From NCBI GenBank assembly GCA_012295275.1, contig CM022665.1:32922001-32986000 (forward strand): 64,000 bases of DNA, given 5' to 3'. Positions within the stretch are counted from its first letter, which is position 1, and each line of letters starts with the position of its first letter. The notes under the pieces were generated by a model. It was not told where the DNA came from and did not search any database. It saw only the letters and a program-made list of their open reading frames with translations. The position numbers and the translations under genes were made by a program. The DNA is from Chrysomallon squamiferum. Its lineage: Eukaryota > Animalia > Mollusca. Of the stretch, positions 46,964 through 61,627 are shown in pieces.

Positions 46964-48519
46964 GATGTGCCGTTAAAGAAAAGATAATTTATTAATAGAT
47001 TTTTAGGCACATTAATATTACTATTCTGACTTATTCTGAGGGGATATTATCTTATATTTTTATATTATTTTTATTTTGTTTTAATTATTTTGTGTATATA
47101 TGCACATAAACACACCCCTATGCGCGCACTCACACACACATACATTTCGGCTGATAGACGTCCCAGTATATGTTAATTTTATCTCAGTGCAAAGAAAAAA
47201 CAAAAAGGTTTAATTTTTTATATGTAATGTTGATTTATTTAAGAAATGTTTTTCATCTTAATTTATTAACCTGTTCTTTACTGGCTTCAGCTAACAGTGC
47301 ATAACAGTGCATCCAGTACATAACAGTGTTTTAAATTTGTTTTGTCAACCGATCTTTTTATCTTTTCTTTTTTTAATTATTATTTTAATTATTTTTGTTT
47401 TTAATTATTATTATTTTTTTAAATGATACTCTTTTGATGTTGAGTATTACATTATTACAACTATTACCATTCCTGTTACACTACTATTACAAATAGAAAT
47501 AATTTTACTTCTACTATTTCTATTACTACTGCAACTGTTTATACTACTACTGTCTTTATTATATCTTTACTAGTATAGTTACTCCTACTACGACAACAAC
47601 TACTACTATTACTATTTCTGCTGCTATTATCGTTACCTCTTCTACAGATATTTCTACTACTATTACTGTAATTACTACTTTAACTACTAACATTACTACT
47701 ATTTTTAGCAATATACAATTATGATCAAAATTATTTGGTATTAAATATTTTCTGTTTCCAGTTGTGTTTATAGTTTTTATTTGATTACGAAAATTTTAAA
47801 TGTTGCTGTTGTAGCTCTTCTAAATTTTTCTTCTTCTTTTTCTCATTATTATTGTTATTTTTATCAATAATCTTCACTTTCCGATTATGTTCTATATAAT
47901 GAGAGAACATACTGCTAGAAATAGTTTTAAAATAATAACTGGAGAGGGGAGAATTATGTAGAAACATTTTATAACAATATGAAAAAGGGATTTTCTTTTC
48001 CCAAAATCCTTTTGGAAATTAAATTTCTATTTACAGAGACTAATCTTGAGACCTGTGAGAAAGAAAGAATTTTTTTTTTTATGACAACTTTGCAACTAAC
48101 AAATACATGTTTTTACATAGTAGAATAATGTTCGGAGAACATGCATGTATTCTGAAATCCTTTAGAGATAAAAGAACCATATTCTTTAATAAGAAATTGT
48201 CCCTGGGTAATTCTAAAAGTTCTGTTCATAATTACATTTGTTAACGTCTTTTTTTTTATGCTGGGAATATGAATTTAAGAAGTAAATAATGAAAACTCTA
48301 AAGGGATTTCACTTGGCGAAACATTAATTCCGAATCAATTTTGGTTGAACATGGATGTATTTTATTTTTTAAAATGCTTCCAGTATTTTCGCCTTCTTTT
48401 GTAATGAGAAACATTATTAAAATTACTACAGTTTTCATTACTCGCTATGTATTTTTGATTTTTTTGTTTTGTTTTGATATTTAGTGTATATTTGTAACAT
48501 CTATTAGATATCTATATAA

Positions 48520-48695
48520 AATCGTTGCTACCATTATATGGGCTTCTTTTATCGATTAGCAGTAAGAGTTATTTCAAATGCACTTCCCATAGACACATGC
48601 TTTTGTAATCAAATAAAACACTGGCATACAGGCCCAGAGTGGGTTTTGATCCAGCGACCTATCGAACCTCAAGTCACAAATTCAATGAGTTAGGC
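48520..48695 (-). mobile_element. Degraded tRNA-derived SINE (Deu/Nin-domain-like); smaller fragments at about 18886-18985, 35335-35400 and 45955-46010
   Basis: Contains ATGGGCTTCTTTTATCGATTAGCAGTAAGAGTTATTTCAAATGCAC and a B-box-like segment (TTTGATCC..CGACC). Related text occurs at 35335 (GGAAACCCACTGCC..TTAGCAGTAACGGGTCTTTT) and 45960 (GGTTCGATCCTACG..TGAGCTAAATCCCACCC). The family assignment is from recall and needs a library search. Confidence 0.5.
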
Positions 48696-49401
48696 TTAAT
48701 AAAACATATATTAGTTTTTAAAATTAATTAATCATGTTTCTAATTAAAGAAGAGATACACAGAAACCAATACATAGCTATATTTACTGTAGTTACAGTAC
48801 GCAAGAGACAGTAAAATAATTACTAGATTGTTTGAGAAACTAAAATGCTCTAATATAAGCCTGACTGAAACAAGTGACAGTGTTTTTTGTTACAGTAAGT
48901 TATTTAAGCAGTTTCTGCGACAGTTATAAACTACAAGGAAGTAGGTTTTAACATTTATTAATGTTGTTATTTATTTATAAAGAAGAAGAAGAATACGAAG
49001 AAAAAATAATAATAATAAAAATAAAAAAGAAATAAAGAAAAGAAAAATAGGCATTTGAAGGTACGCCTCAGTACTGAGTCCGTGTACATAATTTAACCAA
49101 AACGTCATTGCTATTTGTAATAGTTGTTAATAAAATTTATATATTTTACTACTTCTGCTACTATTACTATTACTGGAACTGCTACTACTACTACTACTAC
49201 TTCTACTACTACTACTATTATTACTATTATTATTATTATTATTATTACTATTATTATTATTATAAACTGTCGTAATTAATAACCATACCAATACCCTCCC
49301 CAAAAAAATTCAACCCTCTATCGAAATCTGTGTAAGTATTTCTTTCTAATTAATTATGTAAAATAATACCATGTCTTATAATTAGTTGGTTTAAACTAGT
49401 A

Positions 49402-49470
<69 letters not shown>

Positions 49471-49802
49471 AATAAATAAATAAAAGCTGGATAACACAAG
49501 ATAGTTTTATAAATAATTATTTCGTTTTATAATGATTGTTATTTCCAAGCCGCTACATCAATAATAATTTTAAAAGTTTTGATTACTATTGTATGTGTGC
49601 ACGTACATGTGTGTATTTGTGGAAAGAATTAGTTCATTTAACAATCACTGTAGACAAGTCCTATGCATTTTAGTTAAATTGTCAAATCCTGCTATTGTTC
49701 CGTTGACTGTAATAAGAAATATAGCAATAAATTAGAATGCACCATTTATTTCGCAGTCAGAAATAGAAAAAGATTAAAAAGAAGAAGAAGAAGAAGAAAA
49801 AC

Positions 49803-49843
<41 letters not shown>

Positions 49844-50619
49844 AAGAAAGAAAAGAACGAAAAGAAAAAAGAAATATGTATGTACACTGTTCTTACAAAA
49901 AGAAGAAGAAAAAAATGGGTATAGTAAATTAGTGTCCTTTTCTTGTAACAAACTGCAAGTCACTGTTCAAATAGTAAACGGGAACGTTTGACATTTCGTT
50001 CGGACGCACTTTAATCGACTGTACCAACATGCACCTAACTGAGAACGTACGTTCGGGTGTACTTTGTCGGTGCACGCGTTACGGCGACCAGTGCAGTCAG
50101 ACTTTCTATTGGCCACAAAATAACAACTGCGGTATATGATTACTAACCACAATAGGTTCGTCCGGTAACACCCACCGCTTCATGGAAAATGAACTCTTCC
50201 CCAAAATTGCTTTTGAAATATTACTTGGCTAAGCCGTGCGACGATGCTACAGAAAAATGAATTCTTCCAAATTCTCCCCTCAGAATTTATGAATACACTT
50301 GTCTGGTTTAGCATAAATTTACAGATTTTTCTTTTTTCTCTCCCATCTGGTAAATACATCATGTTCATTGAAACTTTGTCAAATTCACTGTCACCTGACA
50401 ACAGAATACAAATTTTTGTACTGATGCTATATCAACCGACGATTAACGCCATTCAAAAGCGTAGCACATGAAAGAAAACAAGAAAGAAAAAAAAGATGGA
50501 AAAAAAAAGAGGCGGGGGTGGTGGTGGTACATTATTACTTTACCACAATTACGTTGTAAATATTTTCAGTTATTATTATGTTAGAATGATGTATACATCT
50601 ATTCATGTGATGCATGTTC

Positions 50620-50689
<70 letters not shown>

Positions 50690-51676
50690 ATTTGTTTATT
50701 TTATTTTTCCAAAACTGTTGTGTATTTTTACAATTCTGGTATACATTGCCATTTTCAGAATGACATATTAATGACATTTTATTTAACCTTTTGCAAAATT
50801 TGCCTTAAGGCGAATCTATGGTTTTTAAAAGGGCAGCGCATTACGGTACTATTTTATATTTTAAAAGGAAATTATTTTCATTACAAAAGGCAATTTATAT
50901 GAAAGAAGAAGAAGAAGAAGAAAACGATCATTATGAAATCAAGACAAAAAGAAATTAAAAATGCTACATTCTTTCTTCTTTCCTTTTGCTTACATAGGAA
51001 ACAAAAACGCTAAAATAACATAAAATGAATGAATGAATAATAAAAAAAGATAATTAAGTAAATAAATAAAAATAAACTAAAAAAAAGAAAAAAAGAAGAA
51101 GCTATAAAAGCGACATCATGCTGTTTACAATGCAAAAATGTTTAAGATTCTTTTTAATAAAGATATACAAATGTCGAAAAAATTTCATTGATCTTCAAAA
51201 CAGCTCTCTCTCTCTCTGTGTATTAAACTCTTTAAGTTGTACGTTCACCAGTACTTTACGAGTACATACGCTATTGTGGTTAGTCAAAACAAAAACAAAA
51301 CAAAAATGTATAATGAAGACATTCGTACATGAATTTTTAGATTTAAAATGAACTCGTCCAAAGTAGCCTTACTTTGGCATGATTTAGCCATGATTGAGTA
51401 CAAATATATTATAATAACAACAATATAAATAAATAAAAATAAAATAAAAATAAATAAAAAGTAACCTTCTATTGATATAGTTATTTCATTTTCAAATGAA
51501 AAAGAAATCTTTCGCATTTTTTTCTTCGGATAATTCGAGAACTATTGACAGCATAAAATATATCTGCAATATATATATACATATATACCAGTTATAATAC
51601 ATCACAAGATAAAATGAAATTATTAAAACACACATACAGATACCAAAATACGTGAGAGAGACATACATAAGAAATA

Positions 51677-51814
51677 ATAACTGATTATTGTCTTAAGACA
51701 TACTCTTTATTTCTCGAGAGCGTGAGCCGAGAAATAAAATTGTTATGCCTCGCTGATTTCGGCACTCTAATCTTCGCAGGATAAAGCTGATATCTTAAGA
51801 CTGTAACTAATTAT
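51677..51814. mobile_element. Short palindromic MITE-like element
   Basis: Imperfect terminal inverted repeats ATAACTGATTATTGTCTTAAGACA and TATCTTAAGACTGTAACTAATTAT, plus an internal hairpin TTTATTTCTCG-agagcgtgagc-CGAGAAATAAA. A related partial copy lies at 7970-8032. Confidence 0.65.
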
Positions 51815-53748
51815 TTCTTTTATCCTGCAGTCCTAAATAATACAAAAACTAAATAAAATTAGTAGATTCGTGCGTATTGATTTTGGTGTCACCTGCAAAA
51901 AATAAACATCAAAACAAAATAAATTTTAGTTCTTAAATAACAATTTATTTGTTATCTTTTAAATCAAAACCGTTTTCAAAACTATCTTTTATAGTCTAAC
52001 CATCAAAGAAACACCAAAGAAATAACTCTGGTAAAAAAAAAAAAATAAAAAAAATAAATAAATGTAACAAGTAATTTATCGAAGTAAATATAGTTCCGTC
52101 CCAAAAAGCTGTTTTGGTTAGTGCCCGAAAATACAGAAATTTATCTAATCAAAATAAATAAATAAATAAATAATAATAATAATAGTTTAAAAATAACCAA
52201 CTGATTTCATTTAAATATTTATCGTTTTTCAGAAAAATGATACTTAAACGTCGAACATGTCACATTTTCAAATAGTTGTTTAGTTAAAGAAAAAAAAAAT
52301 ATATAAAGAAAAATCACAAGACCCACCAATAAAAAATAGAAAAAAACAGAAAAAAATCTGCTCTTAAATACTTACGTTCACTTGTACTTTATGAGTTTGT
52401 TACCTACATCAATGTATAATGAAGACATACAAAAGTATTATTCTGACAGTTCCCTTCCTTAAAATGAACTTGTCTTAAACGACACACACTAAACTGCATG
52501 CCAGCACAAAAAAAAAAAAAGAAAAAAAAAAAAAAAAGAAGTTACCAAACAGCCATTGAAGAATATATTTTATATTTTATTATTTTTTATTTTTTTAAAA
52601 AGAAGATATTTTTTTTATTATTCCGGTATCTCTGTATGGATTGTTCTGAATGAGCATGCAAAGGATTGTTTTTCATGTTTAAACAATGTTGTTAATTTTA
52701 AAGTTCTAAAAAAAAATTACAACAAAATTAATACACTAACTTAAAGCAACCTACATAAAATATAAAAATATCACAGCCTCTACTGCTACTATTGCTGCTA
52801 CTAATTACTACTACTACTACTACTACAGTACCCTGAAGTATAGTTCACATTCAGTCATCACCCTTGTTTCCAGTTTTTCCATATTTTTTTGCCCTCCCTA
52901 TCTCTCTGAATTGTAGTATTGTGTACTTTATCTTAAGCATAACCCATGGATCTGACTAACAAAATAACAATCAACAAAAGAAATAAGGTAGTTGAAACTA
53001 AACATCAAAATCCAAAACAAAACAAACTGCCACACATTGATATATTAATTTAAAAGGAAACAAAGATATAATATAACAAAACATAAAACACAAACAAACT
53101 GATCTGAAAACACCACAATAAAACAGTTTTTAAACGTCTTTATTCCAATAAATATTTGCTCATAAATTCATTATTCACAGAATTTCTTCACCTTTTGTGT
53201 TATAATTCACAGGATTTAATGTTTGTGTGCCATGGCACAGAGTCCTTACAAAATCCAGACATATTAAGTGCATCTGCACTACTGAACACAAATAATACAG
53301 AAACAATATAAAATGTCTACAATCCTCAAAAGAAAAAAAGTTGAAGATCCAGTACTAAAAAGTAGAACAAAATACATGTACTGAAAAAAAAAAAACCAGA
53401 AGGTAAAATTTTGCTGATATAAACTTATGATTATGCAATGAAATATATTATTATTTTTTAATTTTTTTACTTGGTAAAGTTCGAAGATTAAAGACCTGTT
53501 GCAAATTGTAAATATATATGTAAACTAAACTAAATTAAACAATCTGAAAATAATAATAACTGTTATTTTTCATTTAATGATCATGAGAAAGATGAAATAA
53601 TTTTACCGTATATTAAGAATTAATATTAAATTCAGTTAGTCAAAACTGTGGCATTTCATGAAATAAATACTGAAATAACAACAACAAAGACATGAACACA
53701 TAGTTGTTGTGACTAATAATTTCTGTAAATTGACAGCACAGTTCACAA

Positions 53749-56700
53749 TTAGCTATCTTTCTTTTCTTGCTGCTGCAGTTCTGTTTTCAGTTTGCTCAGT
53801 GCCGCCATTCGTTTTTCTCGCCATCGTCTTCTCTCTTCCAGCCTATCTAACGGAACTTTATAGACAAGTTCATCTTGAATCTGCTGTACCAACTCTCCCT
53901 CCATCTTCTCTGGGGGACCGAACGACTTCTGGACACGGTATATTATATCACCGTATTTCTCGCAGTAGTTCTGGAAACCTGCAAAAGCCAAACTTTAAAA
54001 TATATCTTTGGTAATAGTCCGGCGAACAAATGATTAAATTTTGAAGGTTAAAATCATTATAACCCCAGATAAACAAACAAACAAATAACAACAAAAACAA
54101 CAACAACAACAAACAAAATCCATTAACAAACGAATAAACGAAATAAATATAATGATAATAATGCATAATGCATAATGCTTAATAATAATAATAATAATAA
54201 TAATAAATACAATAAAACAAAAAATATTTCCCTCTTAATATCAAGTTGTTGTACTTGGGATGTCACGTGATTTCACATTCCAACCAAAGTTCCACGTCTA
54301 CCCTTTATCAGAGTCTGTAGTAAGTGGTTTCCTAACATGCGAAAGTAAATATAAATATATTTGAAAACTGATGAGCAGCAACCAATGAAATCATAACAGC
54401 CGCATTTCTCATATCATATTATATATATTATGTCATGTCATGTCATGTCATAGTATAGCATATATCATGTTAATGATAAGAAAATATATTAAATAATTAT
54501 ATTAAAATGTTCCCCCATTACATTACATTCTCTCCTTACGAATCAGTACTGTATCACATGCGCATTTCTGTAAGTACATTCGTCGACTTGGCCCGCACTT
54601 GAATATTAGCGTGAAAGTATGCAGTTTGTATTTGTGAGAAATTGTGTGTACACACATTTATTTACGATTGTCTGTTTATAGAAACGGAAATATGCATTGT
54701 GAGTGATGAAACTGACGTTATCTAGCAGAGTAACAGATTTATTATGTAAAACATTTCCACCAGCACTCTATTAACAAAATGTCGCTGTGCAACACTCTAT
54801 TTTGATGTTTAGGCGAACATTTCAATTACATTTTTTTTTTCAAGTACTCGAAGACCCTGACTGAATTGAAGCAATGGCTTAAAACATAATACAGACATTT
54901 TTAAAAATACACTTTTTTATTCTTCAGTAATTTATTTTATGTTAAGTTCGTGTGGTGTATTTTGAATGGTGGACGCTCTCTCTCTCTCCCCCATCCATTG
55001 TCTATAGCTTTCGCTTTATTTCTCATTGTATTGTCCGTTAAGTTTGCAAATATGAAAAATATTTTTCTATTTAAAATAGAGAAAAGTTTATAAAAATATG
55101 TAAAAACATCTTTAAAAAACTATATATAAACTGACGATCTAATTTAAATATGGCAGTACTTAATGCATTAAGGTTAAAACAATATTTAAACAAAAAACAA
55201 AAACAAGGACAACGAAAAACAAAAAGAAACAACAACAAACAAAAACCTGATTAAAATAAATAAATAAACAAATAACAAAATTCAAAAAAAAAAATAAAGT
55301 ATATGTTCTATCTTTTAAAACAAATTAAAACTGCATCCGGTTCAATATAAATCCCAGAACTTGTAATAATAATAATAATAATAATGTTGATGATGATTAT
55401 AATGATAATGATGTAATGAACATACATTTTTCTTCTTTTTAAATGGGATATAACTTACATAATATTTACATAACTGGAAACAAGTGACTTTAAATAAATT
55501 ATAAGTATTACTTATTTTCATTACCGTCAGCGTTTAAGTGAGCTGTTTGGAATGGACCCATAAAAGTGTATCGTGGACCAATCCCATCAGATACAGTTTT
55601 GTTGCAGCCCTCCGTGCTAATTATACCATTCTGAAAAACAAAGATACCGTTGTCATGTATAATGATGAATACTAACTTATATTTGTTCTTATATATGTAC
55701 TTAAATATATCGACAGCTACGAGACAGTATGAGCTGACAGTGACGTTCGGACTTCCATAGAGAAAAGTTAAAATCAAAGGCTGTCGTGTCTAAAACCATT
55801 TCTCCTCAGTTGGTTAAGAGTAAAATAATTCTTTTGAAGAAAAGTTCACAGCTGAAATGATGAGAAAAGCAGTCGCTGAAATACTGGTTGACAAGATAAT
55901 ATGAGCAAGGAATCTTAGAGTGTAAGTTTTGCAGCCACACTCTCGTCTTTTGTATAGGAATAGGTTTTCTCTTTTGAACATGACAGATGACGATTTATTA
56001 GCAATATTTATTTATTTTTACTTCAAAATTGCCCGTCATGTCATTCTGAGTATGAATGCTCACACTTTAAACATCTGAGTAGGAGTATCAATATGGTAAA
56101 TATAAAACTGCATAATGATTTGTTTATAAGCCTACATACGTGTATGGTAGTCATTAAAATGGTTCTTAAAATGAGATTTCAGTATTTTCTCTTTAAGTGT
56201 GGCGATAAGACTAAATAGTCTTTATACTTCCAGTTTATTCTTTTATTGTTTTGGGCGAACTATTTTGGCACTGTATAACAATAAAATAATACGTTTAAGA
56301 ATATTTGAACTATACAAATAATAATGATTAAATCGTACATATATTCGATATATATTTATTTCTGTTTCAACAACACTAACACAAATATATCTATATCTCT
56401 ATCACCTTTACAAGTCTGCAGCATTCTGCGACTATGGCAAACTGCATCCGGTTCAATACAAATCCTGGAATTTCCTTTTTAAGAACAATTGGTGCTTGAC
56501 CAATCGAAACCATTAATTCACGTGCTTTCGTCATCACTTCAGGTTTTGTCCATGACGCCGGTACAAGTTCAACAGCCCGAGCGAAATAAGGAGGATTCGT
56601 CTAAAAAAAACAAAAAACAAAAAACAAAAAAAAACATTAAAGAAAGAAAGAAAAAAAAAACAAAAAAAAATCACATTAAGAAACATGTACATAATCACAC

Positions 56701-57919
56701 ATACAAATCAGTACACATATGTACGCAAATATAAATGCATAAGAAAATAGAAACTAATTTACTGCAATACAGAGTAGTATAAACACATGGCTTCTCCTCC
56801 ACACAAGCCCACATATACATATACACACACTTGATACTTATTTATACACATTATATAGTAACCCAAACGACACACATATATATATATGGAAACTCAAAAT
56901 TAAAAAAAAATAAATAATGAGAAGTCAGAGAATGAAAGAAAAGGAAGGAGTATATATTTACCGGATGAACAACAAGAAAATTATCTTTATGTTTCAAGTT
57001 TCTTGATAGGACAGACGGCAGCATGGAACTGGTGGAACTTGCAAGTATGGCGTTACCACTGACGTGTTTATCAACCTCCTCAAACACTTTCAGTTTTACA
57101 CCCAGGTCTTCAACAACACATTCCTGGAAATGAAGGATGATTGGTCATTATTATATTTATCACTTTACAACAGCCGTAGGAACTAGTGCTATTACTACTG
57201 ATTTAATTGTTCTGCTGTTTTTTTACAGTACTTCTACTAAAACAATAATAACTACTGCTGCTACTACAACAACAGTAACAATAAATACTACTACTACTAA
57301 AACCATCACACCTACCACTGACACTAGTATTATTACTACTATTACAATACGACTACTACTAAACTGCTACACTGTCATTGCTACTTTTCTTACAGCCACC
57401 ATTACCACATCACCATCATTTCTATTATGCCATTTCTACTATTACCACTATTACTGTTATCATGAGTTCTATTATAATAATAAATCAGCTAGAATAATAC
57501 AGATAAAGAATTGTAACAATAGTAAAACAAAAGTAAATGCTGTAGTTCCTTGCGTAAGATAATAAGGATTAGACTAATTCTCTTATTAGAAACTGACCTA
57601 TGTAATATAAAGATATTTTAATATATGAGTATGTTTAGAAAAGTAAAAATAAACAAAACAAATTGTATTTTCGCACTTGAACGTAAAAGGCATTCTTGAC
57701 GCAAGTGTCGATGGTGTCGGCCTTTGATATCCGGTCATACTGAATCTGCACCGAAAGAGTTCCTCTTAAACAGTTTTCTTTCTGTAGAAAGTTCATCTGA
57801 TCTAGAATTACTTCCTGCGTTTTCGTCACTCTCTCTGGAATTATATCATAGAGCAACACCTGATAACCAGCACTTGCAAACAGTAACGCCCAGCTCTGTC
57901 CTATCTGACCACTGAAAGA

Positions 57920-57959
<40 letters not shown>

Positions 57960-58717
57960 TATTATTATTATTATTATTGTTGTTGTTGTTGTTGTTGTTG
58001 TTATTATTATTATTATTATTATTATTGCTGTTGTTGTTATTGTTTATTGATGGTGTTATTGTTTTTGTTGTTACTGTTGGTGTTGTGTATCAGAAATAGA
58101 AACAACATACATAATTATTCAGCAATACAGGTATATTTGCGTGCACACACACCCACACACACCCTCACACATGCACACACGCATATATACACATACATAT
58201 ATAATACATACATAAGTACACACTAATATATATATGCATACTGTACGTAAATACATACACACTTGGATCTTACATACATACATGTATATATGTAAGCACA
58301 CACACTCACACACACATACTCAATATGTACGTAAGTAAATTTCACTGAACATAAAAATGTGAAGCCTGAGAGAGTTAAACGTTCTTCTTTATGCCTCTGT
58401 TTAATGGGCATTAATTTAAAGAAATTTTACTGACTATAGAGAAAAAAAAGAGGAAACGTGTAACTTTTTATTAAATATCGAGAGATGTTTTTTTTTTTTC
58501 TATTTATCTCTGTTGTATACTAACCGGAAAACGCCCATTTATGATATTCGTACATGCAGATTATACTTCTTTGAAAGGCCGTTTATACAAATCTCTGTCT
58601 TTTCAGACATTACTGGAGCGTAGGATGTATTTTATGTATATAACAGTTTTCTGGTGCAACCTACCTTCCAATTATAGCAATTTTGTCATCGTGAAGTTGG
58701 ACATCTGTGGTAGCCAT
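53749..58717 (-). CDS. CRYL1: Lambda-crystallin homolog / L-gulonate 3-dehydrogenase, 326 aa
   Basis: Six in-phase exons: 58665-58717, 57677-57911, 56962-57123, 56406-56600, 55525-55630, 53749-53978 (981 nt). Motifs: Rossmann KIAIIGSGQIGQSWALLFASAGY, VQECVVE, ILASSTSS, VVHPTNPPY, GFVLNRMQFA, GIGPRYTFMGPFQTAHLNA, RRRWRE. Confidence 0.96.
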
Positions 58718-60924
58718 ATTGAACTATTTAGATAACTATAAGTGACCTATGTATCCGTATGTGGGACAACTCGAGCGCTAGCTATCACCATATTGACGTA
58801 GCATAATGGTGCAAATGTCTTTGTTTATATTACAACTACTACCAATATTACTACCACTACTAGTACTACTAACAGAACTACTATTACAACGACTACTAAC
58901 AATAATACCAATACCAGAACAGCAGCAGCAGGAACAGAACAGCAGGAACAATAACAACGACGACAACTGCTGCTACTACAACTACTACTACTACAACTAG
59001 GATTACTATTACCGTAACTACTATCGCCATTACTATTACAATTTCTACTACGTATATACACACAGGAGGTGCAATATATGTATATATTCTCGAGTGGGGC
59101 TTCCGGACATTGTTAACCGTCCCTGAATCCGAGCCTGGAGTGACATAAAAATCACATTACAATGCACTTGAACCTTTGATTAATATAAATACTAATGAAT
59201 GATATATTACAAATTGGATTCACTGTAAAAAAATAATTTAAAAAAAAACAAAAAAGTGTTTTATAGTAAATATTTTAAAGTGTTTTGCCATACACGGTGT
59301 TCTGCTTAAAATGTTTTGTTTGTAAAATTAATTACGGTTCACTTTGGTCTTTTCAGCTTGATTTATTATTTACATTACACACAATGGGCTAATTTATTAT
59401 TGATGAACACGTGTGGTTGTTTTTAGAAACTCTACTAGGTAATTATAATTTTATACCAAGAACGTTGCTGGAATATACCATTATCTATACTGGCTGTGTT
59501 AAGCTAGCCTAACGTAGCACACATAACATGAGTTAATTTTCACTGGGTCACCTAGATACTGTAAGAACATTGTGACATCACAATTAGATTACACATTACT
59601 GACAGCAATGTTACGGATCTATGTACCGTCTAGACAGTTAATATAGTGGACGAACAGTAAACAATAATGTCTGCTTTTGTATGCCACAATGCAAGTTTGA
59701 ATAGTAATTACGAGAAAATAAAGTCGAAGATTTATATCAAATAAAATGAATGGTGCCTGATTGTTGAAATTTAGTATTATCAGAGATATTTTTCCAGCAT
59801 AAAAATCCTTTGAAGAAAATTAGAAGTTAAAATAAACTTTCACAATCACATTTGTTTGAAACACAAAAACCATAACAAGAAGAGCGAGGCATTGTTAAAT
59901 GAAGTAATATTCACTCATTCGAAACCTAATTAAAAGAGAATCAACGTAAGCTAATATTACTGATTTGTGACATGACTTTCCAGATGTCGCAAGATCGATC
60001 CCTTGCTGTGTACAGACTCGTAATCATAAGGCGCAGATCTCTTTTCAGATTAACTACTTATCTTTTCATAATTAAATGTGTAGATATTTCATTTTAAATT
60101 ACTAAAACATCTGTCACAGAAAAATAATAACACAAAATTTTGCTGCTGGTCGTATTGACTTCAGCAAATATATTTTCCTCATGCTAGCTTAAATGAATAG
60201 ACAACAAATATATTTACATTGGTAATAAATGCTATGAACAAGCAATTAATAGGCATTTTTTATTTGAAATATAAATATATTATCGTAGCATTTATATAAT
60301 AATGATAACAGTGATTAAAAAAGAGAAAAATCAGAATAGAAAAATCAGAAAAAGTTAAAACAAAATTTTTTTTCTTAAAATTGACGTAAGTTTAATGTCT
60401 GTATATTGTCAGATTATACTAGAATATTTACAGAAAAAAAAAAAAGAGACTAATTAACAATACATTCAAGATACAGAAATGTTAAGGATAATGTCATTTT
60501 GCCCAACAAGATTGACTGTCAGAAGGAATTTCAGCCAACAGCCGCAATTATTTGCTGCATACATTTCAGTGAACCAGTATATAATTAATATAAGGTAATA
60601 TTATTTTAAAAATCTATTTTGAGATCTAATATTAATCTATTCGTAATGTGATTTGCAGATATATTATTTTAAATGACTAAAACATCTGTTACGTAAGAGA
60701 AAGACAGTGCTGAATGGTTGTACTGACTTTTTTGTGTGCAAAAATAAGGCTTTATCGTATAAGGCAGTATTGATCTGAAAAATTAATATAAAACTAAACA
60801 CAACAAGGAAATTGAATAATACAAATATAATCACTATTAAAACGAGCGATCAGTATGAAAGTCTGTGTAATACATTTATTTTCAAGTTATTTTTTTTTAT
60901 AGAAACACCAAATTATAACAACAA

Positions 60925-60963
<39 letters not shown>

Positions 60964-61529
60964 AAGAGAAAAGAAAGAAAAAAAAAGAAGAGAAAACAAT
61001 ATTATGCATGCAAAGATTGCCTTCTTTTTTTAGAGGTATGGAAAATCACCTAGTTTATTACAGTGTATTCACATTTTATCTACGGCGACCTTCAGCTGAA
61101 ACTGTAGACGTTTTGTAATGTAGTAGATATACTGACTTTATAACAGTATCTAAGATATATTAAGTTACACATAAATTTCTTTGCAAGAGTTATTCTGTAC
61201 AGAGTAATTGTTATTTTTGTGTTGTTACTTTTTTTTTTTTTCTCCTTTTTGATCAATTTAAAAAAATATATATTTGTTTGTTTGTTTGTTTTTAAGGTTT
61301 AAAAAAAATATATATATAATTCATTATGATATTATTATGTCACACAACTTTCTAAATGCATCTAATACTCCTGTCTTCAGACCAGAAGAATGAAGTTATG
61401 GGCTTGAAGCTATATTTATCAGCAATGTAAAAAGTGGGATTATAATAATAAATAATTTGTCCAAGGTATTAACTTTAAAAATTAATTTGTTATTTTTCCA
61501 TTCTTAGTCATAGTGTAAAAACTGTATCC

Positions 61530-61627
<98 letters not shown>

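Noticed and set aside
44545-48900. Scattered exon-like pieces (ATG..MSSKEVKFKDDSWL|gt at about 44545, an exon-like segment at about 48798-48894, a minus-strand piece at 45667-45774) suggesting a gene divergent from PDHA1
   Set aside because: I could not assemble a consistent, recognisable reading frame, and such splice-like signals arise by chance in AT-rich DNA.
49967-50401. Two same-frame minus-strand ORFs separated by a single TGA (50180-50182) after a plausible acceptor; possible selenoprotein or read-through exon
   Set aside because: No recognisable selenoprotein motif (no UxxC or CxxU), no SECIS that I could identify, and no partner exons that join convincingly. It needs BLASTX or RNA-seq; it may be a TE relic or non-coding exon.
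54530-55180. Possible piggyBac-like non-autonomous element in CRYL1 intron 5
   Set aside because: One end has a TTAA, but I could not find convincing paired TIRs or coding remnants.
57137-57562. Thr-rich mucin-like ORF; similar poly-L/S/Q ORFs at 2769, 10833-11210 and 58778-59061
   Set aside because: These come from trinucleotide (ACT/AAT/AGT/CAG) low-complexity intronic or intergenic tracts.
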